Shown: positions 39,004 to 53,085 of the stretch, piece after piece
Position numbering within the stretch: position 1 is the stretch's first letter
Layout of the letters: each line of letters opens with the position of its first letter
DNA from: Lama guanicoe
Taxonomy: Eukaryota
Direction: 5' to 3'
Assembly: GCA_013239625.1 (NCBI GenBank)
Contig: MU053513.1
Span: 1,228,927-1,292,926 of the forward strand
Length of the DNA stretch: 64,000 bases
Notes under the pieces: model-generated
Told to the model about the DNA's origin: nothing
The model's input: the letters and a program-made list of their open reading frames with translations, nothing else
Databases searched by the model: none
Translations under genes and position numbers: made by a program

Positions 39004-40161
39004 TCCATTTACTTTTATTTTTTATTTTTTTAACTTTTTTATTGAGTTATAGTCAGTTTATAATGTTGTATCAATTTCCAGTGTAGAGCACAATTTTTTA
39101 GTTACATATGAACATACATATATTCATTGTCACATTCTTTTTTGCTGTGCACTACCACAAGATCTTGTGCATATTTCCCTGTGCTATACAGTATAATCTT
39201 GTTTATCTATTCTACATATGCCTGTCAGTATCTACAAATTTCGAACTCCCAGTCTGACCCTTCCCACCCTCCTCTCCCTTGGGACCCACAAGTTTGTATT
39301 CTATGTCTATGAGTCTGTTTCTGTTTTGTATTTATGTTTTTTTTCTTCCGATTCTATATATGAGTGATCTCATATGGTATTTTTCTTTCTCTTTCTGGCT
39401 TACTTCACTTATAATGACATTCTCCAGGGACATCCATGTTGCTGCAAGTGGCATTATGTTGTCATTTTATGGGTGAATAGTATTCCATCATATAAATATA
39501 CCACATAGTCTTTATCCAGTTATCTGTCAGTAGACATTTAGGCTGTTTCCATGTCTTGGCTATTGTAAATAGTGCTGCTATGAACATTGGGGTGCAGGTG
39601 TCTTTTTGAAGTAGGGTTCCAAGCAATAGAAACAAAAGCAAGAATAAACAAATGGGACCTAATTAAACTTATAAGCTTCTGCACAGCAAAGGAAACCATA
39701 AACAAAACAAAACAACAAACTATGGAAGGGGAGAAAATTTTTGCAAAAGATGAAACTGACAAAGGCTTGATCTCCAAAATACATAAGCAGCTCATACAAC
39801 TTAATAAGAAAAAAACAAACAACCCAATCCAAAAATGGGCAGAAAACCTAAACAAGCAATTTTCCAAGGAAGAAATACAAATGATCAATAGGCACATGAA
39901 AAAATCCTCAGTATCACTAATTATCAGAGAAATACAATGATACAATGAGGTATCAACTCACACCAGTCAGAATGACCATCATTCAAAAATCCACAAATGA
40001 TAAATGCTGGAGAGGCTGTGGAGAAAAGGGAACCCTCCTACACTGCTGGTTGGAATGCAGCTTGGTGCAGCCACTGTGGAAAACAGTATGGAGATCCCTC
40101 AAAAGACTAAAAATAGACTTACCGTATGACCCAGGAATCCCACTCCTGGGCATATATCCAG
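39004..40161 (-). mobile_element. L1 insertion with 5' inversion (minus segment 39004-39618, inverted plus segment 39619-40161)
   Basis: Perfect 16-bp TSD aatacatgatttcttt (38988-39003 / 40162-40177); ORF2 peptide [19 protein letters not shown]. Confidence 0.93.
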
Positions 40162-40236
40162 AATACATGATTTCTTTATTCATTGTCATTGTTCTTTGCT
40201 GTCTGTCTGCTCTTCTCATATGAAATCTGCATGAAG

Positions 40237-40697
40237 GCATTCGTGTCCCATGGCTGCAACACCAGATTACCACAGACTTGGTGGTTTGAACAACATAAAT
40301 GTGTTCTCTTATGGCTCTGGAGGTCAGAAGTGAGAAATCAGTTTCCCTGGACCATCGGCCTGTTAGCTCCGATGGGCAGATGCATCTCCTTCTCTTTTTC
40401 AGCTTTAAGAAGCCACCCTCGTTTCTTGGCTGGTGGTTCCTCCCCATACCTTCAAAAATGCATCACTCCACTCTCTGCCGTCTCCTCTTCTGAAGGAAAT
40501 CCCTCTCTGCCTTCTGCTTGTAAAGACACTGTAACGACATTCAGGGCTCACCGGGATGATCCAGGCTAACCTCCCATCTCAAGATCCTTAACTTAATCAG
40601 ATTACCAGCAAAGTCCCTTTTGCCACAGAAAACAACATATTCACAAGTTCCTGGGACTATGATGTCGACACCCTTGGTGGGCATTTCTCAGCCTACC
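40237..40697 (-). mobile_element. MaLR LTR (MLT1-type)
   Basis: 'ttaccacagacttggtggtttgaacaac...ctcccatctcaagatccttaacttaatc'. Confidence 0.8.
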
Positions 40698-41948
40698 CCG
40701 GTGAGGATAAGAATTTTGTCTGTCTTGTTCCCTCAGGTTATCTCTACCCAAACCCGGAACAGAGCAAGGACTCAATAAACACCAGATTAGTAAAGTTAAA
40801 CTGCTGTATATGGTAAAATCATACAACTCGTTTAAAATACTTAGATCAGAATTTGAATGCATCATATCTGATCTTGAGAATCACTCACAGAGAATTTCAC
40901 AGTCTGGTAAATGTATCCAAAGGAGCCATACTGCCGAGTGTTATGCACATCATTAATTTACCTCTGCCATCTCGTAGGACATTTCTCTCCGTGAAAGAAA
41001 TGAATTTCTCTATTGAAATGAATCTCCCCTGAATGATTAAATTGAAATATGATCTCCTTTTGTTTCCTTTTTAAAAAATTATTCCACTTTTTTGTTTTGT
41101 CTGTGTGCTGTACAATCTCTGTGAAGGGCTGCTTCTCAGGACGCACACTAATTCAGAATGCTTAGCTAGCCAGTCAGCACTTACCAAGCGCATATTAGTC
41201 TTGGCATGCTCTTAAAGATGTTTATTACCTCACAGAAAAGAATGACAACTCCAGACGATAACCCACAATGTTGACTCTCAGAAATGAATATTTTACCATT
41301 TGGCTATTAGAGATTCATAAACCTCATGGGGATAACTAGGAGCAATAGTCACACTCAGCTAATAACTACTGGAGCTGTAATCCACTCTGTTAAGTGATTT
41401 ATCAGGCTATGGATATAGACTTCATTCATTCATTCATTCATTTGTCTTGTTCCACAAAAGATCTGACTTCGGCTTAAAGGGCGTTGTTTTAATAAACTGA
41501 TGGTTAGATTAAAATACAAGTTTAGAATTCAAAATCAAAGCTGGGCAAAATACAAATGAGAGAGAAGGACATTAATACCAGGGAAGCTTAAATGTGCCAC
41601 TTACCAGCATGAAAGAACTACTATGCTTGAGTCTAACATTTAGATCTAAGCTTATCAGTAGGCCCCGTGTAAAGGAAGAACAGTCGTATGGTTGCTGCAA
41701 ATGCCAGTTCTTTGGGGAGGGAGGGGACTGTTCCTAGCACATGAATGAGAGCTGCCATGATGGAATAAGCATAACATGAGGTGACAGGTAATGTGCAAAG
41801 GTGACTGAGAACACTGGAGTCATGACAATCTGGATTTGAAAACTGGCCCAACTGCTTAACCTCTGTAAGCCTCGGTTTTTTCATCTGTTAATAGGGCTTT
41901 AAAAAGTACCTACTTAATGGTATTATTGCAAAGAGTAAGTTATGCTGT

Positions 41949-42285
41949 GGGGCGAGAATCTGGCTCAGTGGTAGAGTGTGCACATGAGGTCCTGGGTTCA
42001 ATCTCCAGTCCCTCTATTAACAGATACACACTACTATATACAAAATAGACAAACAACAAAGACCTACTGTATAGCCCAGAGAACTATTTTCAATTTCTTG
42101 TAATAACATATAATGGAAAACAATCTGAAAATATATATATGTGTATATATGTATAATTGAAATGCTTCGCTGTACACCTGAAACTAACATTGTAAATCAA
42201 CTACACTTGAATAAAACTCAAAAATTTTAAATAGATAAATAAACTTTATTCTCTCTGCTGACCCAAAAGATTTTTTTTTAAAAAA
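41949..42285 (+). mobile_element. vic-1-type SINE interrupted by an L1 3' end (about 42021-42230), nested in a MIR
   Basis: SINE head with A and B boxes at 41949-42020, L1 3' UTR, then SINE tail 'ataaataaactttattctctc'; MIR core 'aacctctgtaagcctcggtttttcatctgt' upstream. Confidence 0.75.
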
Positions 42286-43489
42286 GACTAAATTGTATGA
42301 TCTACGCCAAGCCATTGAATGTGGATAGTAAATATCTATCTACCTTAAAGGACTGCTGTGCAGAGGAAGCGACGCACCACCGTCAGGCACAGGAAAAGGC
42401 GTGTGCCAAGAGAGTCAAGCAAAGCAGGCCATTACTAACATTCACTAACGGTTCACATCTGAAACTAATGAGCTGCATGCGGGCCTAACCAGAAGCATAA
42501 AGTTCAACGTGAGGCTCTGGTGTGCTCTTTTGTATAAATCACAATGAGATGGGGTTAATTTGACAATTTCTTAATACATTGCCAACTTTGTCATAAAGGA
42601 CAGTAATATCTGATATTAGTGAGCGCCTGCCATAGAGCCAGACGTCGTTCCCAGGAGCTCACACATAACATGTCCCCGAATATTCACTGCAACCTCACGA
42701 GGGAAATACTGTTCTGGTCTTCATCATACAAAGAAACGGGAGTTCCAAGAGTCTGAGTCGCTTGCCTAACCAAGCCCAGCAGGTAAGTACCTGATAACCC
42801 TAGGTCTCTCCAAATTTGATTGAACGAATTGTCATGATCTTATTATAATAGCAGACTGGAAAGTTCAACTAGGGACCATAATGTAACTCCTCATTTAAAG
42901 GTCGGGAAACAAATCCCAGAAGAGGTTGGGAACTTGTCCAGGTAATTGTGGCAAAATTAATGTGAAAAGCTTACCCCTCTGTGGGGACTGTGGCGGGATG
43001 TAGCCAATGACTCTCTGTGGCTGAGAGAGCTGTGGTTGACGGTGCATTAAATTTATGACGAGAGTGGTTCCAGGGCTGCTCTGCTGCAGCATAGACTTAA
43101 CATTCAAAAACGATTCACTGAAAAGAATTCATTAAAATTAATGTTTGACTGAATCTGATGACTCTGTTCTGGTGGCTCACTTGATCACCTCATTAAACAG
43201 AGTTATTGTCTTATTCTCCCCATGAACTTAGTAATGAAGCACAGCCTTGATCACTGGGAGCCCAGTAAGCCAGGCCCCTGTCTTGCCACTTTGTCTGGAT
43301 CTCCCACTCTGCAATTAACAAGATGACTAGATCTCATTCAATGAGAGCAGGCTCTTTATTTCTCTCAGTCATTCATCAGACATCTAATAACGGTTCCTAA
43401 AGAGCATTGCACACTTTGAAAATTCTTGACATTGCCTATTTTCAAGAACTTTAGTTGGTCATCTGCATACTTGGACTTTCAGGAGTAAT

Positions 43490-43735
43490 CAACATTTTTG
43501 AGCATTTTCTATGGTCCCAAGAACTCTCTTAAATACATTACCTATATTAATTCACTAATGCATTTTAGTCTCAGGTCAGGACTATGAGGCAGGTACTATT
43601 ATTAACCTAATTTTGCAGCTGAGGAAATTTATAAGGAGGCTAAGTAATGGATCCAGGGTCTCAAAGTTAGTAGGTGGTAAATTGAGACTCAAATTCAGGC
43701 AGTTGACGATCCAGAGCCCACATTCTGAATCAAAT
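43490..43735 (-). mobile_element. MIR
   Basis: 'atgaggcaggtactattattaacctaattttgcagctgaggaaa'. Confidence 0.7.
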
Positions 43736-44644
43736 TCCATTGACTGACCTCACAGGAAAGATGTCAAAGGAAACTGGAATATACTGTGTCTGTCATTTTG
43801 TTCTAACAAAACTGAAGTGATCAAAAGAGAAAAGCAATATATAAGTATGGAACTCTTCTAAGAATTGGTACATTGCCTGTGCCCTGAAAGGTTAGCCTAT
43901 CTGCCTCTGCATTCATCCCAAATTTTCAAATATTTGTATTTGGAACTAATATTTATAGAGCACCCACCAGCTAGATAATGTGCTAAACATGGAACATGAG
44001 CTTGTCCTCTTGTAACCAAGGAGACTGCAAGCTAGGGCATTGCTTGGTCCTCACTCAGATCTTGACCCCCCTATACAGCAGCCATACTCTCATCCTCTCT
44101 AATAAAACCAACATGGGATCAAGGCTGAAATAATATATAGTCATGAATAGTGAGAATTAAAGGGTCTAACAAAACTCAGAGCACAGTCATTGCATGTTGT
44201 TACCCATTTCATGATATACAACACTGCATGAATTCATAATATTTTTCTCACATTACAATTTTAATGATCTAATATATAAAAGGTATATTTACAATACACA
44301 TATTTCTATTGAATACACTTTGTATATTTATAACATTTCTCACATTACAATTTCATTAAATACTTTAATAATCTTTTCTCATTTCTTCTTAAATCAATCT
44401 GTTTCCTTATGAAATATGGACTTACATTAATAGTTTTCCACACTTTTGCAAACTAAAACAATATATACCAGACACATTCTATTGCAATGTTCTCCTCCAT
44501 GGTTTCTGAAGGTCATTTCACAACTGAGTTCCTTATGGAGGTCATTTGGGGCAGAGAAACAAGCAGCCCAGATGTCCATTTTACAGTCCATTGGTCTCCC
44601 TTCTGCTCAATCCCTACACTGTTTTTGAAGCATAAGATAAGCAG

Positions 44645-45545
44645 AACGCTAATTATTAGAGAAGTGCAAATCAGAACCACAATGAGATATCACCTCAAAC
44701 TGGTCAGAAAGGCCATTATCAAAAAGTTTACAAATAACGAATGCTGGAGAGACTGTGGAGAAAAGGGAACCCTTCTACACTATTGGTGGGAATGTAGTTT
44801 GGTGAAGCCACTATGAAGAACAGTATGAAAATTCCTTAAAAAACTAAAAATAAACTTACTATATGATCCAGCAGTCCCACTCCTGGGCATATATCCAGAG
44901 AAAACTCTAATTTGAAAAGTTACAAGCACTTCAGTGTTCATAGCAGCACTATTTACAATAGCCAAGACATGGAAGCAACTTAAATGTCCGTCAACAGAAG
45001 ACTAGATAAAGAAGATGTGGTATGTGTATATATATACAGTGGATTACTACTCAGCCATAAAAAATAATAAAATAATGCCATTTGCAGCATCATGGATGGA
45101 TCTGGAGGTGATTATACTAAGTGAAGTAAGCCAGAAAGAGAAAGAAAAATACTATATGATATTACTTACATCTAAAAGAAAGGACACAAATGAACTTATT
45201 TACAAAACAGAGATAGACTCACAGACATAGAAAACAAACTTATGTTTACTAGAGAGCAAAGGGGATAAGGAGGGATAAAATAGGAGTTTGGGGTTTGCAG
45301 ATACTAACTACTATAAATAAAATAGATAAACAATAAGGTCCTACTGTATAGTACAGGAAGTTCTATCCAATACCTTGTAATAGCCTATAATGAGAAAGAA
45401 TATGAAAAGAAATATATATAATATGTATAACTGAATCATGATGCTGTACACCAGAAATTAGCACAACATTGTAAATCAACTATACTTCAGTTTAAAAAAT
45501 AATAAACTAAATAAAAATATTAATAACAGAAAAAATAAAATAAAA
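44645..45545 (+). mobile_element. L1 3' fragment (end of ORF2 plus 3' UTR)
   Basis: Peptides IIREVQIRTTMRYHL and MPFAASWMDLEVIILSEVSQKEK; A-rich tail. Confidence 0.92.
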
Positions 45546-47600
45546 TGATTTTTCTCTACAGTCCAACAAGAACTTAAATAGTAAGAGCTCTTTAACACCA
45601 TTAGAAAATATAAGTTTTAAAATACTAATTCGGAAAGGATTTTTTAAAATATTGGGTTGAATATTTGAGCAAAAAAAAAAGTTGAATTGTATAGATCAAT
45701 CCTTAAAAACATTTTATTTGAAAATTACATGAAAAAACTGTATTTATAAGTTGACGCCTTTTTCTTTCTCCTAATGCTTCCCAGGGATCTAAAATCAAAA
45801 CCAAACTTTGCAGCTGTGTGTGTGCATCCAGTAAGGAGATGAGGTAGGCTGAAACCAGGGCAGGCCAAAATAACCAGGTACAAATTAGAAGCAACAACCA
45901 ATGGCTCAAGTGAATTCACCTTTTAAAACCAAATAACAATTAAGAGAAAGATTTTTCATTACTGATGCAGTAACAATCTTAACTGTGAAACTATGCATGT
46001 GCCCACCGGCACTTTTTCTCTATAATAATTGAAGAGAGGTTTTATGACTCATACTTCTCAAGACTCATCCTTGGTATTTTTATGAGGTTAAAGATGATTT
46101 TATGAAAACTAAAACCTAGATTTTCTGGACATCATCCAGAAGAGAAAGATTTAGGGATAATGTGAAAATTAATGTTAGCCATCCCCCAGCATCTCTGGAA
46201 AACTCAGGAAGGTAGACTGAGTGATTCAGAGGGACAGAAAGCAGAGGTCCAAAGACTGTTGGGGAGGACCCCTAATCCAGGCTACTCCCAGCAGCCGCAG
46301 GCAGCTGGCCTGGCAGGCTAAAGTCTGGCACTGAAGCATCCTCTTCTCTCCAGTGCAACGCCTTCGGGAAGGAGTGAGTATAAAACTATTCTGAACTGAC
46401 TGGTCAGGAGATTCCAAATAAATGTTTGAGGCTAACTATTGTGTCTCTCATTAAAAAGAGGAAGAGATTAAAAGTTCCACTTGAAAAAATCATCATTTTC
46501 TATTATTTATCAAAGGAAAACCTGAAAATATGTATGACTCCAATTAGATTTTCTTTTTTGCTGGTTAAAATACACAGTTTATCAATGGCTAATTGAAACT
46601 TACGGGTTTAAACTAATAACAATGCCTTTTTCTTATCATTTTTAAACGGAAGTTCAAAAAATTTTCTAAATTAACATATACATTATGATCAGATTGAAAA
46701 TATTTCCCAAGAAATGACAAGATAAATGTTCGTGAAGGAAAAAACATGTTCATGGAGATAAGTTTTTGTAATTTTTTCTATTATGTTTTATTGAACATTA
46801 CAAATCTTAATATGCACACTTAAGAATAAAATATCAAGTTGCAAAAAAAGTTGGATCACAAAATATTACTCCCCTATTCCCCTTTCCTTCCCTTTTTGAA
46901 GTGAAAAAAAAAGTCTATGAAAAGACCTTAGAAATATAAAGGCATAACTAGAAGGTGGAATAAAAAAGAACAAGAGAGTCAAGGCAGGGAGAAGTTATAG
47001 TAACAAAATCAATTTGCAGAATTTTTATAATTCTATAAAAAATAGTATACCAGCAATTCATAGGTTCCCTGTCATGAGATATCATTAAAAGTGAAAATTT
47101 GTTTACTTAACAAACAATTTTTGATGCATTGCCTTGGCATTGGATGACCCTGTGAACGTGTTGCAGTAAACAAAACACCAAGATCCCTTCCCTCTCAGAG
47201 CTTACGTTGTAATGGGAGGAGACACTGGGCTCTGGCACTTAGCTCTTCCCTCTGCCATGACTGCTCTTATCTTGTTCTCTCTTGACTCTCACTCTTTCTT
47301 CAGGACTCCAGTTAGCAGGTAACCAGACTAGCCCAGGAAGTATATGATGGTGGCTTGGACCAAGTTATGGAAATGTGAAAAATGATTGAACATATTTTGA
47401 AGGTGGAGTTGATAAGATTAACTGATTTGACATGGGATGGAAAGAAGAGAAGAGTCAAAGGTGCCTCCAAGATCTCGGGCAAAGCAACTAAAAGGATAGA
47501 GTTCCTATTAGCTGAGAAGGCTAAGACTCAGGGTAGAGAAGATAGGAATTCAGCTGCAGATATGGTAAGTTTCAGATGCCTGTTAGAAATACAAGTAGGA

Positions 47601-49328
47601 GGTTTATAGTGTCTTGTCTTATATTTAAGTCTTTAAGCCATTTTGAGTTTATTGTTGTATATGGTGTGAAGGAGTGTTCTAACTTCATTGATTTACATGC
47701 TGCTGTCCAGGTTTCCCAACATCACTTGCTGAAGAGACTATCTCTTCTCCACTGCATATCTTTACCTCCTTTGTTGAAGATTAATTGACTGTAGGCCAGT
47801 GGGTTTATTTCTGGGCTCTCAAGTCTGTTCGATTGATCCATATTGTTGTTTTGATTACTGTAGCTCTTTAGTGTTGTCTGAAGCCTTAGAGGGTTATTCC
47901 TCCAGCTTTGCTCTTTTTCTTCAGTATTGCTTTGGCAATTCTGGATCTTTTGTGAGTCCATATAAATTTTAGGATTACTTGTTCCAGTTCTGTGAAAAAT
48001 GTCCTAGGTAATTTGATAGGGATCACATTAAATCTGTAGACTGCCTTGGGCAGTATGGCCATTTTACCAATATTAATTCTTCCATTCCAAGAGCATGAGA
48101 TATCTTTCTGTTTCTTTACATTCTCTGACATAAATCTTAGCAATGTTCTGCCAGGGTAGCCTACCCAGGCAATAGAAATAAAAGCAAAAATAAACAAGTG
48201 AGACCTAATTAAACTTACAAGCTTTTGCACAGCAAAGGAAACCATAAGGAAAATAAAATAACAACCTATAGAATGGGAGAAAATACTTGCAAATGATGTG
48301 ACTGACAAAGGCTTAATTTCCAGAATATATAAACAGCTCATATAGCTTAATAACAAAAAAAAAATTCAAAAATGGGCAGAAGGCCTAAGCAACCAATTCT
48401 CCAATGAAAACATACAAATGGCCAATAGGCACATGAAAAAAGTGCTCAATATTGCTAATTATCAGAGGAATGCAAATCAAAACTACAGTGAGGTATCAGC
48501 TCACACCAGTCAGAATGGCCATCATTAAAAGTCCACAAACGATATGTGCTGGAGAGGGCGTGGAGAAAAGGGAACCCTCCTGCACTGCTGGTGGGGATGC
48601 AGTTTGGTGCAGCTGTTATGGAAAACAGTATGGAGACTCCTCAAAAAACTAAAAATAGACCTACCATATGATCCGGCAATCCCACTCCTGGCCATATATC
48701 TGAGGGATCTCTAAATCAAAAAGATACATACACCCCAATGTTCATAGCAACACTATATACAATAACTAAGACATGGAAACAACCAAAATGTCCATCGACA
48801 GATGACTGGATAAAGAAGCTGTGGTACATTTATACAATGTATTACTACTCAGCCATATAAGTAAAATAATGCCTTTTGCAGCAACATGGATGGATCTAGA
48901 GATCATCATTCTAAGTGAAGTGAGCCAGAAAGAGAAAGAAAAATACCATATGATAACACTTATATGTGGAATCTAAAAAAGAAAAAGGAGGACTCTAATG
49001 AACTTCTCCACAAAACAGAAACAGACTCGCAGATATAGTAAACAATCTTATGGTTACCAGGGGAAAGGGGGTGGGAAGCGATAAATTTGGGAGTTTGAGA
49101 TTTACAAATGCTAGCCACTATATATAAAAATAGATAAACAAGAAATTTCTGTATAGCACAGGGAACTATATTCAATGTCTTGTAATAACCTTTAATGAAA
49201 AAGAAGATGAAAACAAATATATGTATATATATGCATGACTGAGACATCAAGCTGTACACCAGAAATTGACACATTGCAACTGATTATTCTTTAACTAATT
49301 AACTAATTAATTAATTAATTTTTAAAAA
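47601..49328 (+). mobile_element. L1 insertion with 5' inversion (inverted segment 47601 to about 48115), inserted in an L2
   Basis: ORF2 peptides on both strands ([17 protein letters not shown] on minus); TSD agaaatacaagtagga (47585-47600) / agaaatataagtagaa (49329-49344). Confidence 0.9.
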
Positions 49329-49879
49329 AGAAATATAAGTAGAAGTATCGATCAGACAATTGCATACAATTTTATACCTAAGCCTGGAGATCAGACTGAA
49401 GATGTAATTTTGGGAATTGTCTACCTCTAGATGATTTCGTGTTCAAAAACAGATATTTATAATTGAGGACTGAAGTGTCAATCAATTCATCAAAAACACG
49501 CTCATCACTTCCTATGTAATTAACATATACCTGTTCTCAGCTAGCTGAACCCACTTGGCTAGTAAGTACATTGATACAATGATGAACCAAACATCAATGC
49601 TGTGTGTAATCTACATAGTATTTGCTGATACTTCCATGTAGGACAGTGGAAAAAGCTATTTGCAAGGCTATTATAAACTCGTTTTGAAATATTCAATTCT
49701 AGTTTATTTTCCAGGTGGTTTTAAAGCTGTGAAAGTTTTAAATGTTTCAACACTCTTTCATTTATTTACTCTTTTATCATCTGATTACTTCAAAATCACA
49801 TACATTAGGTTATTTTATAAATTTGCAGGCGATGAAGATATAAAATATGTCATACCACACTGTGAAGAGTAAATGATTC

Positions 49880-49969
49880 CTTCACTATGCTGTACACCAG
49901 AAACTAATGCAATACTGTAAGTCAACTATACTTCAATTTTTTAAAAAATAGTTTTACCTTCAAAAAAAA
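49880..49969 (+). mobile_element. Extremely truncated (90 bp) L1 3' tip
   Basis: 'tcactatgctgtacaccagaaactaa'; TSD aagagtaaatgattc (49865-49879) / aagagcaaattattc (49970-49984). Confidence 0.8.
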
Positions 49970-51607
49970 AAGAGCAAATTATTCTTATATCTTGACATTT
50001 CAAGTTGGATTTCAAGAGCTGTACAACTGAGTGTTTTATTTCCATTCCCATGTTTTTGAGAATAATTTCCTTCAGTATTAAGCTGTTTCAGCAATTATCA
50101 CACTACAATATGTCTTTTCTTCTACATCAATCAAAATCTTAAAGGTCCTTTATTAAATAAATCTGTAAATGTTTACATTTTCCTTGCATTGTTCTAATGC
50201 TTTTCCTGACCTTTTAATTTTACCGCAAGATTTTTCCATGAGTTAAAGTCAGTCAAATTCTTAAGATTCATGTTCGGTTTTTATACTGCATTGCTTCCCA
50301 AATTCTCCACAAGTGATTTACTACCGGGCTGACAAACTAGAAAATTCTTAGGAATTTATGTGTCCTTGTAAATATTCTCTGTCATATACGATGTGGGTAT
50401 TCAACTCCACTAACAATAATATACGTATGCATACATATCAATATACATAGTAATATTATTATCATTAGTGCAATGTTCTCTGACACTTACTTGGAAATAA
50501 CAAGTATACTTTCTCAGAAAATAATTCAAAATAGAATTCATGAGAGTCTAAACTCTGAATCAAGGTAGAGCAATACAATTGCTATGTTTTACTTATATAC
50601 ATATGGAATAAGCTATATATCAATTACATATAATTACACTTATTTATTTTCAAATTAATGTATTTAATTATATTAATAAATTTAAACCAAATTAATATAT
50701 ATTAATGATAATCTATAATTATATATTTATGTATACATTGCTGATAGAATAGAGCAATTATATTGTTCCACCTTGATTTAGATTTCAGACTCTTACAATT
50801 CTGTACTTTCCAAGAATATTTATTATTTCCAAAGAGGTGTCAGAGAATGTGGTGGCTCTATGTAAACAGAATGTTGTTGAGCAGCCAGAGCTCTGCATCT
50901 TCCTTAATGGGAGATGATGTCAGAATTTATCAGTCAGTTCAACAGCAACTGAGCTCCTTCTAATGCTGGAGAATCCACCATAACAAAGGTCTCTAACGTA
51001 GATTCACTGTCATGCTCACATCGTTTATTGAACAACATGCTCCTGAGATTATGCTCACCAGATCAAGGGTAATTCTGTAACTCAGCTGAGAACTGGCAAG
51101 GGATCTCAATCATCTTTGCAATCCCAGTTCTTGGCGCACAACCTATCCCACAAATATTTGTGGAATGAATAAGGATAATGAATAAGAAGACAGGGTTAAT
51201 AGTGTCTCTAATACTTCGTTATAATTCTGTACCTCCTTGCCATCATCTGAATAGTTTGAAAGTCTCTCAGTTTCCTTAATTCTTCTAACTCTTCAATTCC
51301 TTTTAACTAATTCATTGAAAACTTAGTTGGTCCCACTTCCAAGATAAATCCTGACTCCATCTATTCTGCTCTTTGCTGCCCCACAACATAGCCCAAGCCA
51401 CACTCTAAGTGTCACCTAGAATGCTGCACTAGCCAGCTCACAAGTCTCCCTGCTTCCACGTCTGTCTGCCTACAATCTTTCGTACAACTTCCAGAACAGT
51501 TTTTTAGAAATATAAATCTAATTAACGCCACTGACTTGCCTAATACGCACCAACAACTTCCCAGCATGACTTTTGGGTTTGTTTTTTGTTTGGTTGGCTT
51601 TTTGAGC

Positions 51608-51731
51608 TTTTTTTTTTTTTAATTGAAGTACAGTCAGTTACAATGTGTCAATTTCTGGTGTACAGCATAATGTCCCAGTCATGCATATATATACATATAT
51701 TCATTTTCATAATTTTTTCATTAAAGGTTAT
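51608..51731 (-). mobile_element. Short L1 3' tip
   Basis: Poly-T then 'aattgaagtacagtcagttacaatgtgtcaatttctggtgtacagc'. Confidence 0.8.
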
Positions 51732-52199
51732 GAGTCAACCTCTTTACTCCAGAAATTCTTCATGATCCAGGCCCTATCTACCTCCCAGCCTCCTCTTCTG
51801 CCATTCTTCCCCGAGCCCATACACTTCCAAGCACATGAGCCGAGCTGTAGTTTCCAGATATGCAAAGATCTTCAAGGCCTGCACACATGCTTTTTCCTCT
51901 GTTGCTTTGAAAATATAAGACAAAAAGTCTTCCATGACAAGGCTTGATTATTTCATGTCAGGGAAGATCACTGGACATTTTCTGGTGGAATGTTTAAATT
52001 CCATAGTTGTAAAGAAAATGCCACATGCTTACAAAAATAACTTTATAAAAAATTAGCCCCAAATGAAAGAGAATCAAACAGGTGTTAGGTTTCCATCCTA
52101 TATTATTAAGCATAAGAATTTAAAAAGTAGATCCTTCAGTAGCTACCGGAAAAAAATAGAATTCTGTGAATAAGATTTGTGACCTCAGAAATACTTGTC

Positions 52200-53085
52200 A
52201 GATCAAGTAGAGAAAAATTAAATAAAGTAACAAGGGATTAGAATAACCTGATAAGCTTGATTTACTAATATGTAGAATTTTGTACCAAATAAAATACTCA
52301 TTCTTTTCAGATACCATGGAATTATCTTCAAAATTAATGATATAGTAAATCATGAAAGAAGTTATAATAAGTTCCAAAAAAGTATAAATATTACAGTGTA
52401 TTTCGCTGACTACACTGCCATAAAAGCAAGTACTATTAACAGACATCGTCCACATCCCCACTCTCCAGCTAACCAGTTGCAACTTTTAAAATCTTCCTCC
52501 AAATAATTTGGGTTAAATAGAAATTAATTCTGAAATTATAGAACTTTAAAAGGAAGGACAATGATAACACATTCAAAGTGTAAGACAAAGTCAAGGAGCA
52601 TGGAATAAAAATATTATAGCCCCAAATGTACTTATTAGAAAATAAGATACATCAGACAAGTTAATTCCTCATTCTTTCAAAGGAGCTAGTGAAGAAATAA
52701 GTAAGCCGAAAGGGAGTCAAAAGGAGGAATTCATAGAGATAAAGGAGAAATTAATAAACTAGAAATTTAATATTTCCAGAAATTGCAAAATGGCATTGAA
52801 ACGTTTTCTAGCACGAATAAGACAAATATCTAGCAAGTCTGAATAAGAACAACAAAGAAAAAGAACAAATAATGTGAAAAATTAACAACAAGAAGGCCAA
52901 TATAATCACAGACGCAGATGAAATTGAAAATCTGCATAAAATAGGTGATAATCCAGAAAAAAAAATTAAAAATTTTTAATTGAACCAGAAGAGGTAGATA
53001 ACCGGAAAGGGCTAATCCTAAAAAATAACATTTAAAACTTGTCAAATTTGTACCATCCTAAATGCCACCAGGCTTCAACAGCTAC
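52200..53085 (+). mobile_element. Decayed old L1M ORF2 fragment
   Basis: A-rich L1-like sequence, heavily diverged. Confidence 0.55.

Noticed and set aside
44244..44353. 18-bp direct repeat tttctcacattacaattt about 92 bp apart
   Set aside because: AT-rich context with no element recognisable between the copies.
39538..48652. ORFs with L1 ORF2 peptides
   Set aside because: Truncated and frameshifted retrotransposon fragments, not host genes or an active L1.
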